Shown piece by piece: positions 12,411-22,481 of a stretch of 64,000 bases of DNA. The notes under the pieces are model-generated. The model saw only the letters and a list, made by a program, of their open reading frames with translations. It did not search any database and was not told the DNA's origin. This DNA comes from Octopus sinensis. Lineage: Eukaryota. The position numbers and the translations under genes were made by a program. Numbering within the stretch: the stretch's first letter is position 1; each line of letters starts with the position of its first letter. The stretch is from positions 5,022,001-5,086,000 of the forward strand of contig NC_043011.1 of NCBI RefSeq assembly GCF_006345805.1, read 5' to 3'.

Positions 12411-13807
12411 CATATAATCTACCATCTTGGGGCTACAAGGTCCGTAGGTAAAAGAGTGAACTAGTAATGGTCTAGGGTATACTAAAATTTGTTTACCGGT
12501 AGTTTCAATTTATGGGGTTGGGCAAGATGTTTTGAAATTTATGAAAAGAAGTTATCAAAAAACTAATAATACAAAGTAACTTACTAACCTGATTATCAAA
12601 GGGCAGTACTTATGCTAACAAAGTAAACTCAAGTAAAATGTATCAAAAACATTCCCGTAAGGTGCTTAAGAAAGTGTACCCAGAAAAATTACCGAGAATC
12701 TCGGCTATGGTCCACAATGGGGCAAGTCTAAGTCCAGCGGTCTCTACAATTGGTCAGTTACAATTTGAACCGAGGTCACAAGTTAAAACCGTTACAATGG
12801 ATATGTCAATATATATAAATAAGAAAAGTAAAGGGTCTGGGGAAGAACACAATGACATAAGTGGTGCGGGGCCGGTCATGTCCTTCAGCAGCTTAACGTT
12901 ATAACGTGCATGAGGGAACGGTCAAAGAGTAAGTAGCCTAGGGTTATAGTTAAGGAGAGGCAACTAGTACAGGTAAACAGCGACTCATTATGGTATAAAA
13001 ATAGGATCACATGCGGTCTTGTCGTGTAGGAGACACGGTCGCACGTGGTCATATTCCTAATGAAATATTACAGACCATATAATACATACAGCGGCAATAG
13101 GACACAAGTGGAATGACAACAAGATTTCTTTTTGAGATATATACATTATTTATCTTACATATTTTACAATCGTGTCAATGTTAAGAGTTCGTAAGCGTTA
13201 ACATGTTTTTGTGTCTGTGTGTTCGTGAGGCATAAAAGATACTGACTATAGAATTAACAATGGAATTCGGTTCACAGTTCATGTTGTTGGTATCAGCATA
13301 GCAACAGGTAGTAGTAGATGGCTTAAGGTAGTTCTTAGAAGAACTAGAACTCAAGACAGATAATTGATTTACCGTTTATGAGGTACACGGAGTATAAGAG
13401 TTCCATATCAAGACGTTGCGTCTCGTAGTTGAGATTAATATAATCACTTGTGTTTTATCTTTCTCTTGATATGAATATACTTCCAGATATATTAACTGTA
13501 GCCGTTTTTCCCGTGGTGAGATTTTCACCTAACCGCTAGAGTTGGTTCGTAGATAAAGACGATGTTGGCGATGACGCCGTGTCTGTCGCTTGGTTTTTGC
13601 AACGTCTTCATTATATGTTCTGCTTGGTTATTTTTCTCTTGATATAATGGCGGTCGCCTGCCTTTCGAACTGGAACATGGTCGAGTATGCCCTGTGTGGT
13701 CAGAGGTTTAGTCCTGAGAAGGACTAGAACCCAAAGACGAACTCTGTGGTCAGAGGTCAGTTCTGAGAAGAACTAGAAACAAAGACGAAAAGTGTCTGAG
13801 AACACTT

Positions 13808-13991
13808 CTTTATATAAGGTTTATGTGGCTCAAACGAACTTCAGAAATGAAAAGTGTGATTGGCTGCTTGGAACAAATGGCGCGAAAATAAGCGGAGGCA
13901 AATCGCGTCACGTGACAACCAGCGGTCGTGTCACATATCAATCAGTGGCGCGAAAATAGGTAGAGACAAATCGCGTCACGTGTCAACCAAT
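13808..13991 (-). promoter_or_regulatory. Pol II promoter-like module: 2x(E2F site + E-box), CCAAT boxes, TATA
   Basis: TGGCGCGAAAA (rc TTTTCGCGCCA) at 13878 and 13946; CACGTG at 13909 and 13977; ATTGG 13859, CCAAT 13987; TATATAAAG on minus strand at 13808-13816. Confidence 0.5.
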
Positions 13992-14679
13992 CGGATTAGT
14001 GTTTACAACAACGTTAAACTAGCCGAAAATGCTTGTAATCTCGAACGAGATTATTCTTAATACTCTTCTCAAACAGTGAAGATAGCAATGAGGGAAACGA
14101 TATTGCTACAATGGCGACTCGTGAAATGAATTTGGACTTAACCTCATATATAACAAATTGTGGTAATAATTAGAAATATACAGGTACGCAAGAGAAATCC
14201 AACTCATAGGTACACTACGACGCACAAATAAAAAGCCACGTACGATTAGGCGGTTATATTTAAGACCAAATCACTCGTTAATTATTATCAATTAATAAGA
14301 CTCACAAGTTGCCACAGTATACTAAATATGCTTAATAAGCATTACAAAATCATTAAAGTTAGATAGTTCCTATCATTATATAAACAATTTAAAAGAAAAT
14401 AATGGCACGATATGGGTACGGTTAAAACTGGGTCCACTGGCAAATTAGTATTATCAGTAAAGTTACCATAATTCAAACAAATTACTAAACATATTTATAA
14501 AGCAATAAGAATTACCCTAAGATTAGAATGAAATACTAATTAAATCTAATAATTAAAAATTATAAACTAAAGGTGTATTAACTCAAAGTGGGTGCAGGAG
14601 ATACTATTACAATCAACAGGCTGTGCTGCATTACATTACCCTGAAATTAGATTGTTCCTGTCAATAAATTAAATAATTT

Positions 14680-15356
14680 AAAAATTATAGTCAAATAATA
14701 TATTAGCTCTAACTGGGTGCACACATACAATTTCAGTCAACGGTTCTACATAGTACATCAAATGTTTTACAAATATCTCCTGGTTAGCCGGGAGTTGTGG
14801 CGTGCTCTTGTAATCCAGCCACTCATTATTTTTGTAGTTATTCATACTTTTACTAAATCTGATCTTATTAGTGTCATTTGCTGCTGCTACCTGTGCATTT
14901 TTACAACGTTTGGGTGCATGGGCATGCGCAATAATGTTGCGGTTAGCATATTCCTTATTACTACTATCCATTTCACGCTCGTGTGGGATATATTTAATTC
15001 TATCTCTATAGCCCGCCTCCATAAGTGCCTTATCGTGCTTATTCTTATAGCTATTAAATATGTCCTCATTAGATGAGAGATAGGAAATCCTTTTGCTAAT
15101 GCCTCTTATTAAAGCCCTTTTACTGATTGTGGACGGTTACTTTGATAGTTTATATACTTTAAGTTAGAGTTAGGCTTCATATAAGGTTGGTATAAGCCTG
15201 TATTTAAACCACAGTTCTAACATCTAAGTAGTTGATAGAGTAGTTTTCATTCTCTATAGTAATGGAGAGGCGAAATCTATTAAAGAATTTATAAAGGCAT
15301 TTCTTAAGTAATTCAAGGCGCCTATTAGGGATGTTTTTAATAAGGAAAAGTACGTC

Positions 15357-15439
<83 letters not shown>

Positions 15440-15500
15440 TACATAATTAATGATCTTATCAGTGGCCAGCATACAATAGAAACCATATAGGTGAAAATGA
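14680..15500 (-). mobile_element. Penelope-like element RT/thumb fragment
   Basis: YI(H)DVLFLIKN...LKK.LYKFF..F.LSITIE...INYLDV, then (frameshifted) TGLYQPYMKPNSNLKYINYQSN.PQSVK...ISKRISYLSSNEDIF...KALMEAGY: PLE RT C-terminal motifs. Confidence 0.8.
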
Positions 15501-15789
15501 ATATAGATATATAATTATATAGATATAATTATAATTAAGGGTACTGAGAAACTTCATGCTAGAGGTAAACGTCAAATGACTCCCATTCTATTGCGTAATT
15601 TACATTTGTGATGAGCGTATGTAAAAACCTGATCTTCGGTATAAACTTAAAAGGAAGCTTTTCCAGAAATCCTGTCCTTTATTTCTTCTTTCTATCATGT
15701 CCGAGGTGACATTTCTGTCCCCCAACTTATTCGATTCCTCTGTTTGAGATACAGGATATTAAGATTTCATACACAAAGCATGTTCTCAA

Positions 15790-16430
15790 GGTTTTAATTT
15801 TCTCTATGAGCGTGTAAACGTGGGGAGAACTGTTCGCCCCCTCTCATTTAATAACTTTTTAGTAGGAAAAAAGAATTAGATAGCATTCGGATGTACAGAG
15901 GTCACAATATTTATCTGGGATATAAAAGGGTCGGGCCAGGGATAAAACTTTCCATCTAATTTTAAAACTAATATTCTCATATTTTAAACCCCAGATAATT
16001 TTACTAAGACTAGTGGAAGAGTGTTTATTAGAATTATGGAAAGAAAATTCATGGTTCACCACCCTGGCTTTAATAAAGCTTTAACAACAACCTATGTAAA
16101 AGTAGCGTTTACCGCCAGTTTCAGTTATGGTTTGGTATATTACATTTTATTCTTTTGCAGTGATTATTAAATATACATTGTCCTTTAAGTCTACAATCAC
16201 AAAAATCACTACCATTGTCACTGGGAATTTCATTTGAGTTTAGGCTTATGATCTCCCCTTGGTTGTTAAGTAACAATGAAGCATTAGAATTATTATGGGG
16301 TAGATAGGGTATACGTTTAGCGTAAAATTTATCTAGTTCAGCAGAATTTAGAGATGATATGTATCTAAATACGTTTCGAGTTACTGAAAAGCCATGTCGA
16401 AAACAACTGCTGTGGAAGTAATTCACTATA
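15790..16430 (-). mobile_element. Penelope-like element linker + GIY-YIG endonuclease (decayed)
   Basis: CDCRLKGQCIFNNHC, NVIYQ...YFYIG, HEFSF...STSLSKIIWGLK...IRWKVL...CDLC..E, LLNERGE; frameshifts and stops. Confidence 0.85.
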
Positions 16431-17504
16431 TTTGTTTTTATTTATATTGAAGTGTCTATTTATTTACATCCATTATAGGACACCACCTCCTTCATCAAGG
16501 AAAATAAGTTTCTAAAGAAGCCTCACAAATATTGCTTTTTTTTCTTCTAAATATCTTTTATATGACAGGACAACCGAACCCCACAGAAACGCCGTATGAT
16601 TATCAACAAAATTAGCAATACCCATACATTTTTAAAGACTCTTAACTCCTTTTATGACTTCGTCTTATAGTCTCTAAGTCGACTTATATATGTATTTATA
16701 TTTTCAATATATTTTTAATGAATATATATCTATAGAGTTATATATTTGTATATGCATATTTTTAATGAATTGATTACTCTATATACATTTAATATGTTTG
16801 ATATATTGACTGTACTTTCGGAGAAATTCATACATTCTGAGTCTTGGGTTGAATAAATATAAATGCACATGTGAACCTAAATTGCTTAACTTGTATTCTG
16901 ATATATATATATATATATATATTTATATACATGTGTGTGTGTGTACATATACACATGAATATAACACACTCATAAATACTTTATATGAAAATATACTTTT
17001 CAACATGCATATATGAATCTACCTCTCTCTCGCTCTCTCACATATATTCTCTCTCTTTCTTTCTTTCTCTCTCTCTCTATCTAACTATCTATCTCTCTGT
17101 CTGTCTATATATATGTACGTTTGTGTGTGTATGTGTGCGCGTGTGTATGATTGTGTGTGTATCGGTGAGAAGATGCAAAATTCGATGCAATATAAGTTAC
17201 GTTCGTTGCATGTTGATGAACTTTACTGCGGGAGAGCGATCGATTATAGTTTAAATCGATGAATATTGATGCTCCAACTTGGGCACAAACCGATTGATTG
17301 AACCGACAAAGGAATAACGTTTTCTCGTAAATATACTCAGCTCTGATAATAATCGTGTATCGTATATTAATATTTATTTCAACTTCTTTCTGATCGCTGC
17401 ATCATATCAGTTTCCATGTCGGTGTTTAGCTAAAGGTAATCCCTAAATGAGCAGAGAGATGGAGTGAAATTCCAACCATGACCCTGCTGTCTTTTTATCC
17501 ATGA

Positions 17505-17897
17505 CTAGCAGTATCGCCCGGCGTCGCTCGGGTTTGTAAGGGAAATAACTATACAGCATTTTTAGAGAGTTATAGCCAAAAAATAGCAAAAAATGCATTA
17601 AAAATGGAAAAAATATGATGGTAAATTTTTTTAAATCGTTGACTCATCGTAGACATTTTTAGGGAGTTACTTCCCTTTATTTAAAAAATATGCGTTAAAA
17701 TGGAAAAAATTATGGTAAATTATTTTTAAAATCGTAGACTCATCGTAGACGCGCACTAATACCCAGAAAGGCTCAATATTAATCACGACTATAAGATACC
17801 CGGTTTTGGTTAAACTGCACTGCAAAATGTGGGAGTAGTTAGGAATCTAAATCAAAGGGGACAGACACTCACACAACTACAGTTTTATATATATAGA
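17505..17897 (-). mobile_element. Non-autonomous Helitron-like element
   Basis: A|TCTATATATATAAAA 5' end, hairpin CCCGAGCGACGCCGGG and CTAG|T 3' end; two internal ~85-bp tandem units. Confidence 0.8.
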
Positions 17898-18252
17898 TAG
17901 ATATGCCTTGATAACCATTATCCATGATGCGTCCTGCCTGGCAAATTCTAAACCATCGCCCTGTTCAACAGCAATACCGGCCATTTTGTCGTACGCATGA
18001 CTTGATAATCTGTTTGCTATTAAAACCACATCGTTTCTCACTTCCTTCAACCAATTTGAAAAATTCTTCAAAAATCATGGGTATCAAATATACCTACTTA
18101 AACCTGTCGAATTAATTCTGTTTCTATCTCTAAAATAATGTTGATGCGTGGCTAGTCTACGTTTTATTTCATTTTGGGTTGCTACAATGTAACTCATTTT
18201 GCTTTACTGTGTTGTGACTGCACATTGGTAAATTATGTCCTTAATTTTACAG

Positions 18253-18310
18253 GTGTTACCGAAGGCACAATTATTCCTGTTCCTACAGTCACATAGCTTA
18301 TGCTGTGGAG
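18253..18310 (+). other. Candidate 58-nt exon of an unidentified gene
   Basis: TTTTACAG acceptor and GAG|GTGAGT donor in a repeat-free stretch; two frames are open. Confidence 0.25.
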
Positions 18311-18707
18311 GTGAGTTGCTCCCTCGCGGTACAGCCACGAATAAATTATCGGACTTCACAGTCAAGTGTATGCTTTCTTTTTAAAAATATATGATTTGAA
18401 ATAGACTTGGTTACTGCTCATTGCACATCAACTGAGCGGATTGATGAGCCCTCATAGACCGGCTTCAAAGCTGTTGTAGCTGTTGGCATAAGAAATAAAG
18501 TCTAGTGCTCGATTTAATATGTACAATGCAGATATACAATACTCCCCAAATAGCTTGATTGGATCGTTAGAGTAACGAGATCTGAATAGTTTTATTTGTT
18601 TTAATATGAAACTTTCAGCGTTTTATTAGAAATAGTTTAATTGGAATGAGTCATGAAAGCCAGTCACTTAAATGAAGACTACTCCATTAGTTCAAAACCT
18701 TAGGGTA

Positions 18708-18902
18708 AGAAGGGGAGCCGGCAGAATCGTTAGTGGAATCTCTTCCAACTTTATGTTCTGAGTTCAAATGCTGCCGGGGTCGACTTTACTTTTCATCCTT
18801 TCGGGGTCGATTAAATAAGGACCATTTGAGCACTCAGGTCAATGTAACTGACTTATCCTCTCCACCGAAATCACTGGCGTTATGCTAAAATTTTAAACCA
18901 AT
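18708..18902 (+). mobile_element. SINE family B' (older variant)
   Basis: TTCTGAGTTCAAAT...GTCGACTTT.C.TTTCATCCTTTCGGGGTCGAT shared with family B. Confidence 0.75.
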
Positions 18903-18992
18903 ATTTTATACTAGAATGACCTTGTAGCTTCTTTTAAGGTAACATAATTTGTAAACGACTATAAGGTGTTGGCTTTAAGGAGGCCCATTATT

Positions 18993-20081
18993 TTATTTTT
19001 TACAACACACGAACATTTTGCGAAGTATAAACATTAATTCAGAACGAAAGTGTTGACAGAAAAGTCCATAAATATACGGATTAGCAGCACAGATAATGTA
19101 ATAAGAATACGTTAACAAATGGTAGGTTAATTGTTGTTTGTGAGTTGTAGAGTCGTTAAAATTTTTAGTGAACATCCTCCGGAATGTTCCTATGAAATGT
19201 GGTACATAACTCATTGTCCAGATCAAAGTGAGGACGAACAAAAGTAAAGTGGTTCTAAACGGGTGCATTGAATGTTTTCTGATACGCATACCAGAAGTAC
19301 CAGAAGTAAAGAGTTTCACAGAAGTCAAGTGTTTCAAAGAAGGCCAACGAGTATCTTCAATTGACTTTACACTGTTCTCATTTGCAACACTATTACAAAT
19401 AGCATTTTTTAATTGCTTTGCTCTGTAAATTTTCCAAATACGTATTCCAATTAATAAGTATATTACCATGAGAATAATAAATGACAAGGCACAGAAAACC
19501 AGCACGGTGGTATAATAGATTAAAGGAAAGATTGATTTTTCTGAAAGTGAACATACGGTGCCAATTCTTCCACACTGTTTGACCTCTCTATAGTGTTTAC
19601 GGTACACAAAAGATACTGGTATACAAAACAGAAAAGATAAGGATGCTAAAACTGCAATAATTCTCTTTGAATTCTTAATGGAAATTTTTTGATTGAGAGG
19701 TCGACATATAAGAATATATCTATCGATTGAAATTATGATTACAATCAAGGCTGAACTGATTATTGTTAAAGCAACAAAGGAACGTATCAAGCGGCATGTA
19801 GTATCATATTCAAAAGTGTATAACCGATGTAGCAATACAATTTCCATAGGTATACATATTGTGCTGGCTAGAAAATCATACATTGAAAGTGCAACAATGA
19901 AAATCTGTGTGGACGAAACCTCAAATTTATAATGGTATATGTATGCTGCTATGCAATTTCCAATTGCTCCAAGAACCATTTCGAATACGAGAAGCACTAT
20001 TGCAGGGAAATGGACTTTAACCGTTTCATCATTTACTTCCTGTAAACTGGAACACTTGATGACTGTATAATTTTTGTCCAT
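18993..20081 (-). CDS. Intronless class A (rhodopsin-like) GPCR, orphan, 362 aa
   Basis: Seven hydrophobic segments; GN in TM1 (GAIGN), LSMYD in TM2, Cys at top of TM3, IDRY, ECL2 Cys, SYVP in TM6, NPYIY in TM7, helix 8 FRSEL, C-terminal CC; open frame from ATG to TAA. Confidence 0.93.
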   Translation of the reverse strand: MDKNYTVIKCSSLQEVNDETVKVHFPAIVLLVFEMVLGAIGNCIAAYIYHYKFEVSSTQIFIVALSMYDFLASTICIPMEIVLLHRLYTFEYDTTCRLIRSFVALTIISSALIVIIISIDRYILICRPLNQKISIKNSKRIIAVLASLSFLFCIPVSFVYRKHYREVKQCGRIGTVCSLSEKSIFPLIYYTTVLVFCALSFIILMVIYLLIGIRIWKIYRAKQLKNAICNSVANENSVKSIEDTRWPSLKHLTSVKLFTSGTSGMRIRKHSMHPFRTTLLLFVLTLIWTMSYVPHFIGTFRRMFTKNFNDSTTHKQQLTYHLLTYSYYIICAANPYIYGLFCQHFRSELMFILRKMFVCCKK

Positions 20082-20252
20082 TTTCTTGAAATTAGCGGAA
20101 TGTTTGAAGACAGGATTTTGGTTTTCAGAGATATCTCTTGTACTTTCTGGAAAGATAGAGAATGGTGGTGTATAGATATTTTAGTTCAAAAAGTGTTCAA
20201 AATACTAAGTGCTACTTTCTCTCCCTCTCTCCCTCTCTCTCTCTCTCTCTGC

Positions 20253-20304
<52 letters not shown>

Positions 20305-20311
<7 letters not shown>

Positions 20312-20900
20312 TATATGGGTACAGCACATCACCAACCGCAAACAACATGAAATACGAAAACAAATGAGTTCAATACGCAAACAACGAGAGAAACAAATGG
20401 AAAACAGGACAAGTAACATAAAGAACGACCCTTCATCAGTTGTCGGCTGTCTGTCTTCTCATTTCGAGCACTGTACGACAACGTGAGTCTTCGAAGATAG
20501 TTTCTCCCATAAGTACCGAAATAAAATTTGTGATTTATGGAGAGGCAAAGTTGGGAACAAAAACAGGACAGTGGAGACATACAAGGAAACCGAACGAAAG
20601 CAAACATGGAAGGTCGTTAGACCAGAACGAGGGTAAAATAGCGAACGCTGGATAAATATTTTCTTTGACAAGAGAAAGGATAGAAGAGAGAGACAGGATA
20701 CGTCCAATCTTTAGGACAGCCCTGAAAGAAAAGAAAGATGATCACGCCAGGAAAAGAAAGATGGACGATGGTCACGTGTGAGCAGCGAGAGAAAGAGAGC
20801 GTAAAGGAGAAGAGGGGAGAGAGAGACAGATAGACAACGGTGAAGGGGAGAAAAAAGAAATTAGAGAGAGAATGAGAGAGAAAAGGATGGGGGAGAAAAC
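20305..20900. mobile_element. Dispersed non-coding repeat related to 6105-6662
   Basis: Same (TA)n-GCATATATGGGTACAG terminus and CCCTTCATCAGTTGTC block. Confidence 0.55.
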
Positions 20901-21411
20901 AGTATGGGGTAGAGTCGCATCAAAACGATTAAGATAAACTTACTTGGAAATGGATGCGTGGCGTTCAATCAAATAATAATATAAATAATATCTGAAGATG
21001 CTGGTGGCAATAGAACCGATCCTCAAAGTTCGTGCAAAAGTAAAATCCAACCAATATTGTGGGACCAGTCTCCTGATACATGTCAACAAAACCAGGTGTC
21101 CGCTGTACCACTTCAACAGAACCTAACCTCATTCAGTACAATTTCTACACCAAGCTCACGTGCTGGTTTATCATCTGAAAAAGGACTTGGAGGATTTTTT
21201 GGACCTCTAACCCTACACCTAGCCTTTGCACTAACCCCAGCCCAGCTGCAACTACAGCCTCTCCTCGTTGTAGTATGATATATAAAACACGGGGCGCTAC
21301 AAATACAAGATACAAAGGTGATATAATGCGTGGCCATCCTACTAGAAATCCAAAAGCAAGGGGTCTGTATCTGCTTTGGCGTTGTTCTTTTCTTCCTTAA
21401 GTTTTTCTTTC

Positions 21412-22481
21412 TGATATGCCCCGCATCATGACGACGTAAATTTGTCATCTGCGTGACTGGCACGTACGGCGTACCTCACCGACTGACACTGTTTGCTATG
21501 TCTGTTCAGTAGTGGAACAGTCCACTTCTCACTTAGGGGTGTCCGCCACAACACCTCCCACCTTTGAGATTTTTCTTCCACTCAGAATTATTTTTCTCTT
21601 CAGAATGCCGCAGGTAGTACCAGTCTACATTGTTTACCGGTAGAAGCACTCCGTCGGTTACGACGACGAGGGTTCCGGTTGATCCGAATCAACGGAACAG
21701 CCTGCTCGTGAAATTAACGTGTAAGTGGATGAGCACTCCACAGACACGTGTACCCTTAACGTAGTTCTCGGGGATATTCAGCGTGACACAGAGAGTGACA
21801 AGGCCGGCCCTTTGAAATACAGGTACAACAGAAACAGGAAGCAAGAGTGAGAGAAAGTTGTGGTGAAAGAGTACAGCAGGGATCACCACCATCCCCTGCC
21901 GGAGCCTCGTGGAGCTTTAGGTGTTTTCACTCAATAAACACTCACAACGCCCGGTCTGGGAATCGAAACCGCGATCCTATGACCGCGAGTCCGCTGCCCT
22001 AACCATAGGGCCATTGCGCCTCCACTGTTTAGCGGTAGCACTACTAACACATAGTAACTTGACAGAAATCCTACAAACGGCGTTATATTATTTTTATTTT
22101 TTCTTCCACTCAGAATGATTTTTCTCTTCAGAACGCCGCAGGTAGTAGCAGTCTACATTGTTTACCGGCAGCGCTACTAACACATAGTGACCTGACTTAA
22201 ATCCTCTGAACGAATTTTTTATTATTATTTTTCACTGTGTAGTTCAGTTCTGTGTTAGAGTTCCAGTTTTATCAGAAATTTTTTCTTCAGAATCTTTTTC
22301 AATAGAATTTATATATTTATCACTGTATAAATATTATTTTTCACTGTGTGTAGTTCAGTTCTGTGTTAGTCTTATCTGCCACTGCGTGTAGTTCGACTAC
22401 TCGTCACCACTGATATGTCCCGCATGACGACGTCACTTCGTCATCTGCGTGACTGGCCCGTACAGCGTACCTCGCCGACTG
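21412..22481. repeat. Local tandem duplication (~600-bp unit with internal sub-repeats) interrupted by SINE C
   Basis: GATATG.CCCGCAT...GACGACGT...TCATCTGCGTGACTGGC.CGTAC.GCGTACCTC.CCGACT at ~21412-21484 and ~22411-22480; CTTCCACTCAGAAT...CAGTCTACATTGTTTACCGG twice; TTTTCACTGTGT..AGTTCAGTTCTGTGTTAG twice. Confidence 0.75.
21644..22025 (-). mobile_element. tRNA-derived SINE family C, full length
   Basis: Head GGAGGCGCAATGGCC..TGGTTAGGGCAGCGGACTCGCGGT...GGTTTCGATTCCC; 13-bp TSD TGTTTA(C/G)CGGTAG at 21631-21643 and 22026-22038. Confidence 0.9.

Noticed and set aside
13695-13990. Short direct repeats as a CRISPR-like array
   Set aside because: Only two units each, no unique spacers, eukaryotic context.
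15790-16430. Selenocysteine recoding in the PLE endonuclease
   Set aside because: Conserved Cys positions are TGY codons, the main internal stop is TAA, and I saw no convincing SECIS.
20990-21040. CTGAAGATGCTGG as a hammerhead core
   Set aside because: No matching stem II/GAAA or cleavage triplet.
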